Assembly: GCF_009914755.1 (NCBI RefSeq)
Contig: NC_060947.1
DNA length: 64,000 bases
Source: the human T2T-CHM13v2.0 reference genome, Homo sapiens
Strand: one strand, 5' to 3'
Shown here: positions 25,301-37,669 of the stretch, one piece after another
How the letters are laid out: each line of letters opens with the position of its first letter
Position numbering within the stretch: position 1 is the stretch's first letter
Translations under genes and position numbers: made by a program
Notes under the pieces: generated by a model
The model's database searches: none
Seen by the model: the letters and a program-made list of their open reading frames with translations, nothing else
What the model was told of the DNA's origin: nothing

Positions 25301-27010
25301 AATATCTCTCTGTTCAGAGTCACCAGAACCTGGGGGTGAAGTAACACAAGCACCCCATGGCCACCACAACTATGACTGCACTGGGTCAGACCTGAAGCCA
25401 GCACAGCACTGGGTCTGGCCCCAGGCTTGCTGTAACAACTCCCTGGCTATTTCCTATGTTCACTGGGGCTCAACAATAAGTCAGTGGCAAAGTCAGTCTT
25501 CCTTTCAGCATGGTGAATCCTCTGATTTCCTGGGTGGGTCCAAGGGTGCTTTCTGGGAGCCAGGGAGTAGGGTCAAAAACCTTAGAAGTCTATCTGGTGT
25601 TCTATTTTACTGCTGGCACTCAGATAACAAAATGCAGTCCCTCCTACTCTTACTTCCCCTTTACAAAGGCAGAGGAGCCTGACCCCATAGCCCTGCAAGC
25701 ACAGTGAGTATTGCCAGACTACTGCTGATGTTCCCTTAAGGCCCAAGGTCTCTTAAGTCAGTTTGTGGTGAATGCTGCCTGGCCTGGGACTCACCCTTCA
25801 GGGCAGTGGGCTCCCCTGTGGCCCAAGGCAGGTCAAGAAATGCTGTCCAAGAGCCAAATTCTGGAATCAGAGATCCCAAGAGCCTGCTTTGTGCTCTACT
25901 CCCCCGTGGCCGAGCTGGTACCTAAGGTGCAAGACAAAGTTCCCTTTACTTTTCCCTCTGCTTTTCTCAAGTAGGAGTCTCACCCCATAGTCACCACAGC
26001 TGGTAATGTGCTGAGTCTCAAGTGAAGCTAGCAAGTCTCAAAGGCTCACCCAAGGCCCTCAGCGTAGTACCTGGGTATAACTGCTGGTTATTCAGAGCCT
26101 AAGGGTTCCTCAGTTATCAAGTGATGAATCTTACGAGAACTGGGATTTTTGCTTCAAGGAAGCACGTTCTCTTTTGGCCCACAGCACGTCTAGAAATGTA
26201 TGGGAGTGAGGACCTGGAAAGAGGGCCTCACAACTCTGACGAGTGCCCTATCCTACTGTGGCTGAGCTGGTATCCAAGACACAAGACAGTGTCCTTCCCA
26301 CTCTTCTCTCTCCTTTCCTTAACTGGAAGGAAGAGGTCTCTTTTGGAGCCATGGACTGCGCAGCCTGGGGCTAGGGGAGGAATATTCCAGCACTCTCTTA
26401 GCCACCCCAGCTGGTGTCTCAGTAGGTTATGTGTTGTCCGCAGACTCCTGGTTCTGGGCCCAGGTGAGTACTAGGACTCTCACCTAAAATGCTGTCCTTG
26501 TGGCCTAGACTGTCTTTCAAGTTCATTTAGCTCCCCATAGCAATTTAGCTTTAGGTTTGCTAGAACTCGAGTTCTGACCACTGGGATCAATGATTCCCCT
26601 CTGGCTAGGGCTGATTTAAATGCTGTCTCCATGGTTGGACCTCAGCTGAGTTTGGTACAGTTTTCCTGTCTGCTATAACAAGACAGCATTGAGTCTAATG
26701 TCTCACGATTGCTGGCTCTCCCTCTTCCCAAGACACAGAAATGCCCACCACATCATGCTGTGGCTGTTGGGGGGTGGGAGAGTTGTGGGGATGGGATGGG
26801 GGAGGAAGGGTGGCATCAACAATTCAAGACTGTGTTTTCTACTTCTTCAGTTCCTCTTTCAGAGATAGGAAGTTAAAACTGGGAACTTTGAGTGCTCACC
26901 TGATTTTTGGTTCCTATGAAGGTGCTTTTCTTGTGTAGATAGTTATTAAATTGGTGTCCTTGTTGGGGGGATGGCTGGTGGAGCCTTCTATTCTGCTATC
27001 TTGCTCCACC
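22386..27010 (-). mobile_element. Old L1 (L1M1/M2-type): 5' UTR, ORF1 and ORF2 endonuclease region
   Basis: Minus-strand MIKGSIQQEDIVILNI and ORF1 remnants; 5' UTR homologous to 18965-20500; 5' end near aagatagcagaatagaagg. Confidence 0.9.
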
Positions 27011-27325
27011 TTCCCTTTCTCCTCTTAATATTATCACATAAGTACTTTTTAGTTCTATCATAATCTCTTAATGGGCATAATTTTAGTGGATAATTGAACC
27101 ACCCTTCTAGTGTTGGATACATAAGTTTTCTAGTTTTTTACCATTATGAATAATGTTACAATAAATGTATATGAACATAAACATTTTCTCTAGTTCAGGT
27201 TATTTTTTTTAGCTTCTATTTCTTCACATGATGTTATGTCAATGCATAAACATTTTTAAGTTGATAGGTGTAATATATTGCTGTAATTTTTCTTGTATTT
27301 TGACAAGGGAGGGCACTTTTTTCAC

Positions 27326-27372
27326 CTGAAACCAAGCTTTATCTAAATCTCATTTTAAATGGCCCTCCTCAA
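27326..27372 (-). pseudogene. Candidate exon (47 nt)
   Basis: Acceptor cgcttttttctcAG, donor cag|GTGAaa; reads EEGHLK*DLDKAWFQ. Confidence 0.6.
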
Positions 27373-27514
27373 CTGAGAAAAAAGCGTTTTATATCAACTA
27401 CATTGGAAAATCTGGTGTGAAATGTAGTAAATTGCCCTCATCCAAGGGAATCACTATATAGTTAAAACAAAACAAAACAATGTGCAACTATTGTAGAGCT
27501 CACAGAATGCATAC

Positions 27515-27543
27515 CTGAGAAGCTCTTTGAAGTAATCCAGAGC
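27515..27543 (-). pseudogene. Candidate mini-exon (29 nt)
   Basis: Acceptor ttttacatgtttcAG, donor cag|GTATGc; reads ALDYFKELL. Confidence 0.65.
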
Positions 27544-27712
27544 CTGAAACATGTAAAATATTATCGGGATGTGTTATTTTTATGGTGGCTGTTACTGAGG
27601 AAACAGAGGCAATGCCTTGTGAAATTTGGGTTTGCTAGGACAGAGAAAGGTTGTGTAGTGCCATTTCTGTTTCCTGGTCCCCAGGACAACCAAAATTCAT
27701 GGCTAGACTCAC

Positions 27713-27898
27713 ATCATCAGCCAGGGTAGGATCAGCCCTGACCCCAGCTTTGGGTTCTGTCTTGTTCTGTTAAAATGTCTAAGTACAGGTGATTCCAAAG
27801 TACCTCAGCAGCTTGACTCAGTCTAGCTGAGTCAAAGACAGCCTAGCTAGTTGTCTTTAATGGTCTTAGAGGCCTGGAGAAGCAGACAAGAAGCGCTA
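27713..27898 (-). pseudogene. Candidate frameshifted exon (186 nt; alternative acceptor at 27873)
   Basis: Acceptor tccttctgtgtttctgtttttaAG, donor gat|GTGAGT; reads ..AVFDSARLSQAAEVLWNHLYLDILTEQD, then shifted EPKAGVRADPTLADD. Confidence 0.65.
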
Positions 27899-28287
27899 CT
27901 TAAAAACAGAAACACAGAAGGATAAACAGACCAGGCTGAAGGACACTTGGCAGATTCAAATAGGAACAAGTAGTCTGCATTAAAAATATTCACCTCTCTT
28001 AAAACTAATAAATGAATTTAGCAAGGTTGAGGCATGCAAAACCAATGTAGAAAAATCACTTACATTTCTACACACTAACAACAAATAATCCCTTCCAAAA
28101 ATTAAAAAATCGCATTTGCAATAGCATTAGAAAAATAAAATACTTGGGCACAAAATTAACCAAGGAGATATAAGACTTGTACACTGAAAAACCTTGCTGA
28201 AAGAAATTAAAGAAGAGACAAAGAAATGACAAGACGTCTCATGTTTCACGGATTGGAAGACAGTATTGTTAAGATGTCTATACTACC

Positions 28288-30922
28288 TCTCTTAGTCCAT
28301 TTGGCTACTATAACAAAATACCTTACACTGGGTAAATTATAAACAACAAAAATTTAGTGCTCACAGTTTTAGAGGCTGGGAACCAAGATCAAGGTGCCAG
28401 CAGATTTGGTGTCTGGTGAGGGCCCACTATTCAGAAATGGCAACTTGTTGCTGTGTCCTTGCATGGTCGAAGGGACAAGGAAGCTCCCTCAAGCCTTGCT
28501 TATGAGGGTCCATGAGGAAGGAGCCCTTGTGACTCCATAACTTCCCAAAGCCCTTACCTCTTAATATTATCACATTGGGTACTGTATTAGTCCATTTTCA
28601 CGTTGCTGATAAAGACATACCTAAGACTGGGCAATTTACAAAAGAAAGAGGTTTAATGGACTTACAGTTCCACATGGTTGGGGAGGCCTCATGATCATGG
28701 TGGAAGGCAAGGAGGAGCAAGTCACATCTTACCTGGATGGCAGAAGGCAAAAAGAGAGAACTTGTGCAGGGGACCTCGTCTTTTTAAAACCATAAGATCT
28801 CATAAGACTTATTCATAATCACAAGAACAACATGAGAAAGATCTGCCCTCATGATTCAATTACCTCCCACCAGGTCCCTCCCACAATATGCTGGAATTCA
28901 ACATGAGATTTTGGCAGGGACGCAGCCAAACCATATCATTCCACCCCGGCCCCTCCCAATCTCATGTCTTCACATTTCAAAACCAATCATGTCTTCCCAA
29001 CAGTCCTCCAATGTCTAAACTTATTTCAGCATTAACTCAAAAATCCACCGTCCAAAGTTTTATCTGAGACAAAGCAAGTCCCTTCTGCCTATGACCCTGT
29101 AAAATCAAAGCAAGTTACTTCCTAGATACAATGGGGGTACACTCATTGGGTAAATACAGCCATTCCAAATGGGAGAAATTGGATAAAACAAAGGGGCTAC
29201 AGGCCCCATGCAAGTCTGAAATCCAGCAGGGCAGTCAAATCTTAAATGTCCCAAATGATCTCCTTTGACTCCATGTCTCACATCCAGGTCATGCTGATGC
29301 AAGAGGTGTGTTCCTATGGTCTTGGGCAGCTCCACCCCTGTGGCTTTGCAGGGTACAGCCTCCCTACTGGCTGCTTTCACAGGCTGGCATTGAGTATCTG
29401 TGACTTTTCCATGTGCCCAGTGCAAGCTGTCAGTGGATCTACCATTCTAGGTTCTGAAGGACAGAGGCCTTCTTCTCACAATTCCACTAGGTGGTGCCCC
29501 AGTAGGGACTCTGTGTGAGAGCTCACACCCAACATTTCCTTTCTGCATTGTCCTAGCAGAGGTTCTCCATGAGAGCCCCACCCCTGCAGCAAACTTCTGC
29601 CTGGACATCCAGGTGTTTCCATATATCCCCTGAAATCTAGGCAGAGGTTCCCAAACCTCAATTCTTGCCTTCTGTGTACCTGCAGGCTCAACACCACTTG
29701 GAAGCTGCCAAGGCTTGGGGCTTGCACCCTCTGAAACCATGGCCAAAGCTGTACCTTGGCCCCTCTTAGTCATGGCTGGAGCATCTGGGACACGGGTCAC
29801 CAAGTCCCTAGACTGAACACAGCATAAGGACCCTGGACCTGGCCCATGAAACCATGTTTCCCTCCTAGGCCTCTGGGACTGTGATGAGAGGGGCTGTTGT
29901 GAAAACCTCTGACATGCCCTGGAGACATTTTCTTATTGTCTTGGGGATTAACATTTGGATCCTCATTACTTATGCAAATTTCTGCAGCCAGTTTGAATTT
30001 CTCCTCAGAAAATGGGATTTTCTTTTTGATCACATTGTCAGGCTGCAAATTTTCCAAACTTTTATGCTCTGCTTCCCTTATAAAACTGAATGCCTTTAAC
30101 AGCACCCAAGTCACATCTTGAATGCTTTGCTGCTTAGAAATTTCTTCTGCCAGATACCTTAAATCATGTCTCTCAATTTCAAAGTTCCACAAATCTCTAG
30201 GGCAGGAGCAAAATGCTGCCAGTCTCTTTGCTAAAACATAACAAGGGTCACTTTTGCTCCAGCTCCCAACAAGTTCCTCATTTCCATCTGAGGCCACATC
30301 AGCCTGTACTTTATTGTCCATATCGCTATCAGCATTTTGGGCAAAGCTATTCAACAAGTCTCTAGGAAGTTCCAAACTTTTCCACATTTTCCTGTCTTCT
30401 TCTGAGCCCTCCAAACTGTTCCAACCTCTGCCTGTTACCTAGTTCCAAAGTTGCTTCTACATTTTCAAGTATCTTTTCAGTAGCGCTCAACTCTTGGTAC
30501 CAATTTACTATATTAGTCCATTTTCATGCTGCTCATAAAGACATACCCATGACTGGGCAATTTACAAAAGAAAGAGGTTTAATGGACTTACAGTTCTACA
30601 TGGTTGGGGAGGCCTCATAATCATGGCAGAAGGCAAGGAGCGGCAAGACACATCTTACATGGATGATAGGAGGCAAAAAGAGCAAACTTGTGCAGGGTAA
30701 CTCCTCTTTTGAAAACCATCAGATCTCATGAGATTTATTCAGTATCATGAGAATGGCACAGGAAAGACCTGCCCCCATGATTCAATTACTTCCCACCAGG
30801 TCCCTCCTGCAACACGTGGGAATTCAAGATAAGATTTGGGTGGGGACGCAGCCAAACTATATCAGGTATTAAGTCCTAACATATAAATTTGGTGGGGGGG
30901 CACCAACATTAAGACAACAGCA
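28288..30922 (-). mobile_element. MSTC/MSTD-like solo LTR split by THE1
   Basis: tcttagtccatttggctactataacaaaatacc ... aacattaagacaacagca; 5-bp TSD ctacc / ttacc. Confidence 0.85.
28583..30864 (-). mobile_element. Full-length THE1 (THE1B-like) MaLR: LTR 28583-28938, internal 28939-30508, LTR 30509-30864
   Basis: Two ~356-bp direct LTRs and 5-bp TSD ggtac / ggtat. The internal region yields the 205-aa ORF (29797-30414) typical of THE1-int. Confidence 0.95.
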
Positions 30923-32854
30923 TTACCCAAAGCAATCTCTTGATTCAATGCTATCCCTATCAAATCCAAAGGGCATTTTTGCAGAAATAAATATAACCAT
31001 CCTAAAATTCATATGAAACCACAATGGACCCTGAATACCTAAAACAATCTTGAGCAAGATGAACAAAGCTGGAGCCCTCACACTTGCTGAGTTCAAAACA
31101 CATTACAAAGCTGCACTAGTCAAAACAAAACAATACTTAGATAAAGAAAAGCATATAAAACAATGGAACAGAATAGAATACCCAGAAATAAACCCATGCA
31201 TACACAGCCAACTAATTTTTAGCAAGGGTGCCAAACTACATAATGGGGAAAGGATAGTCTTTTCAATAAATGGTGCTAGGAAAACTGAATATCTACATAC
31301 AGAAGAATGAAACTGGACCCTTATCTATACAAAAATCAACTCCAAATGGATAAAGAGCTAAACATAACACCTGAAGCTGTAAAACTATTAGAAGAAAACA
31401 TAAGGTTAAATCTTCATAACATTGGTCTTGGCAATAATTTATTGGATATGACAACAAAAGCACAGGCATCAACAGCAAAAATAGGCAGGTGGGACTACAT
31501 TAAACTAAAGACCATGCACAGCAAAGGAAAAAATCAGCAGAGTAAAAATACAACCTACAGAATGGGAGAGAATATTTGAAAACCATCTTTTTGATAAGGG
31601 GTTAATATCCAAAATACACAAGTCCTATGACTCAATAATAACAAAATAATAATCCAATTAAACAATAGGCAAAGGACTTGATTAGACATTTCTCCACAGA
31701 ATACATACAAATAGCTGATAGGTATATAACCTGTTCTATAACTCAATAGCAATAAAAAAAATTAAGCAACAGGCAAATGACTTGATTAGGCGTTTCTCCA
31801 AAGAAGACACACAAATGGCCAGCACGAAAATATGAAATTATTTTCAGCATCACTAATTATCAAAGAAATGTAATTCAAAACCACAATGAGATATCACCTC
31901 ATACCTTTTAGGATGGCCATTATTTAAAAAAATATTTTTAAGCCCTGAAAATAATAAGTTTTGGTAAAAATGTGAAGAAATTGGAACCCTTGTGCACTAT
32001 GGTGGGAATGTAAAATAGTGCATCCATTATGGCAAACACTATGGAGTTTCCTCAAAATGTTAAAAATAGAACTACTATATGATTCAGCAATCTCATTCTT
32101 GGGTTTTTAGCCAAAACAATTGAAAATAGGATCTTGAAGAGATATTTATACTCACATGTTCATTGCAGCATTATTCACAATAGTCAAGAGGTGGAAGCAA
32201 CATAAATGTCCATCAGTGAATGAATGGATAAAGAAAATATGGTATGTACATATAATTGAATATTATTCAGCCTTAAAAAGAAGGAAGTCCTATCATGTTC
32301 TACATCATGGATGAATCTTGAGGAGATCATGCAAAGTGAAATTAGTTAGTCACAGAAGGACAAATGCTGCATGATTCAAGTTATATGAGGTATTTAAAGT
32401 AGATAAACTCATAGAAGCAGAAAGTAAAACAGTGATTGTCAGGAGCTGTTGGCGAGATGGGGAATTATTGTCAATGGGTAGAGTTTAGTCACACAAGATG
32501 AAAAAGTTCTAGAGATCTACGGGACAGCAATATGCATGTAGTTAACAGTACTGTACTGTGCACTTAAAAATTTAAGAAGGTAGATCTCATATTATGTGAT
32601 TTTTGCCACAATAAAAAATACCTCTCAACACTGTAGAACCAAGTTAACAAAATTGTTTATAGAAGAATTTCATACAGATATATTGGCTTAACATCTTTAT
32701 TGATGTAAATAAAAAGGGGATAATACAATACAATATTGTTCTCCCACCACAGAACAAAGCCAGCTCACACTGATTGAACGTCTACTGCTATCTTGTTTAT
32801 AAGTTGTCTTATTTAGTTCTCTAAAGGAATCCTGCAAAATCAATATTATTCATG

Positions 32855-33365
32855 CATTTATTGATTCATTTAACGTATGCTTTTTGAGTCTTTGCTATTT
32901 ACCTGTCACTGTTTAAGGCACTGGAAATACAGCAGTGTACAAGACAAACAACTTGACTTCATGAAGCTTACATTCTGGTGAAGGAGACAGAAAGTAAATA
33001 GCTACACAATTTGTATAAATAGATATAAAAGTATGATATAATATAAAGTAATATATATAATGTGATACAACATAATGTTAAATGATTGAAAATGTTATGA
33101 CAAATTATAAAACAGGGTGATAAAATAGAATCACGAGCTATTTTTGAGAGAAAGGTCAGGGAAGGCTACTCTGAGGAGATAGCATTTGCATAGATCTCAA
33201 TTAAGTAAAAGAAGAAGCTGTAAAATATCTGAGGAAAGAGCATTTCTGGCAGAGAGAACAGCAAAGCAAATGCCAAGAAGTAGGAGCATATTTGATATAC
33301 TTAAATAATGGTGAGGACGCCAGTGTGGCTGAAGTCCAGAAGGGGAAAGAAAACATCAGAGAAGC
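32855..33365 (-). mobile_element. L2 3' end, within a MIR (32760-32850 and 33365-33460)
   Basis: catttattgattcatttaac ... gagcatttctggcagagagaacagcaaagcaaa. Confidence 0.8.
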
Positions 33366-33741
33366 AGAGGCTTCATTTTTCATCTAGCCCAGTGGCCAAG
33401 CTAGTGCTGCAGCAGGTTGGCCAACTCCAAAACCCATGCCCATTCTATTACACTAAATCATCTGTTCCAAGAAACTATTCAATCTTCATTGAGGATGAAA
33501 CAAAAACACTGAAAATCATGTTTCTGGAAGTATTTCAGATAGCTATGTTGTCCTCCCACCCCCATTTTTTCACCCTGCCCAAGGAAAAAAAGGACAAAGA
33601 CTTGAGGCGTATGTATGACTATTTCCTATTGTTGTGTTATCAATAACAATTTTATTATTATTGTTAAGGGGACTTTATGATTAATAATATAAATGTAGCT
33701 TTAATTTCCAAATAATAATAATAATAATGAAGAACCAATAC

Positions 33742-33870
33742 CCCTTTTGACTTTAAATTTACTTCTTAATAAAAACCAAGGGTATTTTCTATCCTTATTT
33801 CTGGTATCCTGATACTGAGTGAAGGACACCCTTAGCCTAGTCATGTATAATCCACTATCTTCAACAAAGA
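33742..33870 (-). pseudogene. Exon (129 nt, phase 1-1), open
   Basis: Acceptor taatttctgtttcAG, donor ggg|GTattg; reads FVEDSGLYMTRLRVSFTQYQDTRNKDRKYPWFLLRSKFKVKR; phase matches the 27898 exon. Confidence 0.65.
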
Positions 33871-33917
33871 CTGAAACAGAAATTATCTCCAAATTTTAGA
33901 TTTTCAAAGGGTTAGAA

Positions 33918-34003
33918 ACATGCATCAAAAAATCACATGTACCCCCAAATTATGTACAACTATGGTATAACCGTTAAAAATTAATTAATTAATTTAAAAA
34001 AGA
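33918..34003 (+). mobile_element. L1 3' tip with A-rich tail
   Basis: aaaatcacatgtacccccaaattatgtacaacta; degenerate TSD aaagggttagaaa / aaagaattaggaaa. Confidence 0.7.
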
Positions 34004-34505
34004 AAGAATTAGGAAAAGGTGACACCCACTAGCTAGTGCTTTTTTACTGCTATAAAGTTGATGAGAATGTTTTGCTGTCTTCTTTGAGACTCATTATTCA
34101 CACACAATAAAATGCCATCTGGAGTTAAGAGCAAGGTTTTTAACATTCCTTAACCACCTCAAGATGTATATTAATAAAAATAGCATATTTATATTGATTT
34201 TAAAGGTTCCATATACATTATTGCATTTACATCATAAATATACTAATGTATTGATGTAAATTCCTTGATATCTCCTGAGAGGACTATTGAAGACTAAATT
34301 TTTGAAGAAACAGATTAGAAAATTAATTTTTATGACCAATAGTAGATTTCCACTTTTTAAAAGAAATATTTGAACAAAACTCAGGATCTAAGATAAATAG
34401 TGTAAAACTAACCAAGTTATATATTTTGTGTCGTTGGTGATCAATGCTGAGAAAAATAATTTAAAAATATTTGTGTATTCAAGACACATCAAGATAGCTA
34501 AAGAC

Positions 34506-34583
34506 TTTTACAATATGTAGATTGCCTTAATGAATTTTACAATATGTAGATTCCTTTTACAATATGTAGATTTCCTTAATGAA
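34506..34583. repeat. Three imperfect tandem copies of ttttacaatatgtagatt(n)cct(taatgaa)
   Basis: Direct inspection. Confidence 0.9.
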
Positions 34584-34587
34584 AACT

Positions 34588-35520
34588 AGAAAACACAATT
34601 CTCTTGGTGAGAAAACCAGCAAAATTCCATTTCCTGCTTTTCCATACATTTTTGGCAAGAAGGCTTTACTTTTTACAAATATAGTGTTGACACCAATATG
34701 AGAAACTACTTTTGCAATATATATTAGTCCATTATCACATAGAAATATTTTTATATGATTTTTTTTTCATTTTTAGAATTTTTAATTTAAAAAAAACTTC
34801 TTTTGTGGATACATATTAGGTGTATGCATTTATGCGGTACATGAGATATTTTGATACAAGCATGCAATATGAAATAAGTGCATCATGGTGAATGGGGTGT
34901 CCATTCCCTCAAGCATTTATCCTTTGAGTTACAAACAATTCAATTATATTATTTCAGTTATTTTAGAACACACAATTAAGTTATTATTGGCTATAGTTGC
35001 CCTATTGTGTAATCAAATAATAGGTCTTATTCATTCTTTCTATTTTTTGTATGCATTAACCATGCCCACCTTCCCCCACTACCCTTCCCACCTTCTCATA
35101 ACCATCCTTCTATTCTCTATGAGTTCAATTGATTTGATTTTTAGATCCTCAAAAATAAGCTAATGTTATAGTTGTGTATTTTCTGTACAAATTCTAGTCC
35201 ATCAGTGTCAGTCAACTGTTTTTAGCTTCTTTATAAGAAACCTATCATTAAAACTCATAGTAATGCAGCAAGTTATAAGGGGACCACACAAAGACAGTTT
35301 ATAATCTTGAAATTACAAATGATGAAACTAGAGGCAATGCTACTTTAAAAGATGCTTATATGGCTGGAACAGAAAACAATTTTCCTGGTGAGAAAACCAG
35401 CAAAATTCCATTTCATGCTTTTCCATACATTTTTGGCAAGAAGGCTTTACTTTTTACAAATATAGTGTTGACACCAATATAAGAAACTACCTTTGCCATA
35501 TATACTAGTCCATTATCACA
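34588..35520. repeat. ~150-bp direct repeat (34588-34739 and 35371-35520)
   Basis: Both copies read tggtgagaaaaccagcaaaattccatttc ... tagtccattatcaca with few differences. Confidence 0.95.
34760..35160 (-). mobile_element. L1MA 3' UTR fragment
   Basis: ggtacatgagatattttgatacaagcatgcaat ... ccattccctcaagcatttatcctttgagttacaaacaat. Confidence 0.85.
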
Positions 35521-35920
35521 ATGCTATAAAGAAATACCTGAGATTGGGTAATTTATAAAGAGAAGAGGTTTGATTGGCTCATGGTTCTGCCGGCTACACA
35601 AGAAGCATGATGCTAACATATGCTTCGCTTCTGGGTAGGCCCCAGGAAGCTTACAGTCATGGCACAAAATGAAATGGGAGCAAGCATGTCACATGGCCAG
35701 AGCAGGAGCAAGAGGAGGGAGAAAATACCTTACACTTTTAAATGACTAGATCTCATGAGAACTCACTCATTATTGTGAGGACAGTACAAGGGCATGGTAC
35801 TGTCATTCATGAGAAATCTGCCTCCACGATCCAATCACCTCCCACCAGGCCTCATCTGCAACACTGGGGATCACAATTCAACATGAGATTTAGCTGGGGA
35901 CACAGATCCAAACCATATCA
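35498..35920 (-). mobile_element. MSTA/MSTB-like solo LTR
   Basis: tagtccattatcacaatgctataaagaaatacctgag ... gatccaaaccatatca. Confidence 0.9.
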
Positions 35921-36092
35921 CCACATGAATGTAAAAATTGTATTTTACTATAGTAAGTCTCTTAATTATTAAAAACAATTGAAAAATAAAAACAAAAGAG
36001 TTCATTGTGTTAAGGTATGTGTATATGTTTTGGAAATAAAATGATAAACACATTTTAAAACCTTGTATCTATTATGGTGAGCATAACATAAC

Positions 36093-36175
36093 CAAAAAGA
36101 ACTATCTGAAAAAATGGCCTAGCCTACTTCATTGGTAAAAATTCTTAAACTCCTCTGTTACAATATTATTTAAAA
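36093..36175 (-). pseudogene. Possible exon (83 nt)
   Basis: Acceptor tgcattcaatttAG, weak donor GTtatg; reads LNNIVTEEFKNFYQ*SRLGHFFR*FFL. Confidence 0.35.
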
Positions 36176-36667
36176 CTAAATTGAATGCAATAAGTGAATT
36201 TACTATCATAAAATTGTGAATATATTTGTTGAAAGCAGTCAAGTTTGTAAAATCTACACTTTACACTTAACTCAGTTCTCAATTAAAGTTTCACACGATA
36301 GTATCTGATTGGTGGAGCATGAATCACATTCCAAATCTTGGCTGCAAGGGAGTTTTTCAGTCTTTGAAGTACAGAAACCCACACTAGAAAAAAGCTGGAA
36401 TGGAAGAGTAAGCCACTCCTTAGCATCTCCTACAGTACACAATCAAGCTCAAGCAGTTGCTGAAAGCTTTTCTTTGGCATCTAAAAGACTGGGAGAAGCA
36501 CAACTTCAAATTGAGGCTTATAATTAACGGAAGGCACCATAAATTGAAGGAAAAGTGTTGACTATGAATCTCAAAAGAAGTAGTATAAAAATCATTTCCT
36601 TAAAGATATTAAATATAAGGATCTTCATGAATGCTATTTCTCTAAACAGTGAAGTTTCTCCATCCAT

Positions 36668-37650
36668 TTGTTTTTATCAGCTTTATTGAGGTATACTTAA
36701 CAAAGAAAAATTATGTATATATATATATATTTAAGTTGTACACATGATTTTAAATTATTTACTTTTTAAATTGACAAACAAAAATTTTATATATTTATGG
36801 TGTACAACATGATGCTTTGATCTATGTACACATTGTGGAATAGCCAAATTAAGATAATTAACATATCCATTACCTCACATATTTATTTGCTGTGAGAACT
36901 CTCTTATCAATTTTCAAAAATGTAATACCTCATTTTTAACTATAGTCATTATGTTGTACAACAGATCTCTTGAAGTTATTCCTCCTTTCTAATTGAAATT
37001 TTGTATCCTATGACCAATATCTTCCCAACCTCCCCCACCCCAGCCCTTGGTAACCACCATTCTACTCTTTGCTTCTATGGATTTGACTGTTTTAGATTCC
37101 ACATATAAGTAAGATCATGCAGTATTTGTCTTTCCATGCCTGGCTTATCTCACGTAGCATAATGTCCTCCATGTTCACACAGGCTGTCACAAATGACAGG
37201 ATTTTCTTCTTTATAAATGCTGAATAATATTCCATTGTTTATGTATGCAGCATATTTTCTTTATCTATCCATTCATTCATTGATGAGCACTTAGTTTGAG
37301 TCTATATCTTGGCTATTGTCAGTAGTGCTGCAACGAACATGGAGGTGCTAATATATCTCTTTGACATAGTGTTTTCTTTGGATAAGTAACCCGTAGTGGG
37401 ATTGCTGAATCATATGGTGGTTCCATTTTTTGTTTTTAGGAACCACCACACTGTTCTCCATAATGGCAGTGGCTGTAATAATTTACATTCCTAACAACAG
37501 TGTGCAAGGGTTTCCTTTTCTCCATGTCCTTTCCAGTACTTTTTATCTTTCATGTTCTTGAAAATAGCCATTTTACTAGGTATGAAATGATATCTCATTG
37601 TGCTTTTAATTCGTGTTTTCCTAATATTACTGATGTTGAGCACCATGTAA
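36668..37650 (-). mobile_element. L1MA 3' region
   Basis: Reverse complement of an L1MA 3' UTR and ORF2 end (MRYHFIPSKMAIFK). Confidence 0.85.
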
Positions 37651-37669
37651 GCTTGTACTTTCCTCCTCT

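Larger units (their letters stand above)
27999..32620 (+). mobile_element. 5'-truncated L1M (L1MB-like), split by MST/THE1
   Basis: ORF2 remnants on both sides of 28288-30922; 3' UTR ending caataaaaaata; partial TSD acctctc. Confidence 0.85.

Noticed and set aside
29797-30414. Longest ORF in the window (205 aa) as a novel gene
   Set aside because: It lies inside the THE1 internal region and is the familiar MaLR internal ORF remnant.
34413-34447. 34-nt AG/GT-bounded segment as an exon
   Set aside because: No frame is compatible with the neighbouring exons and there is no motif support.
34506-34583. CRISPR-like array
   Set aside because: Three near-adjacent copies without unique spacers, in eukaryotic context; a simple tandem repeat.
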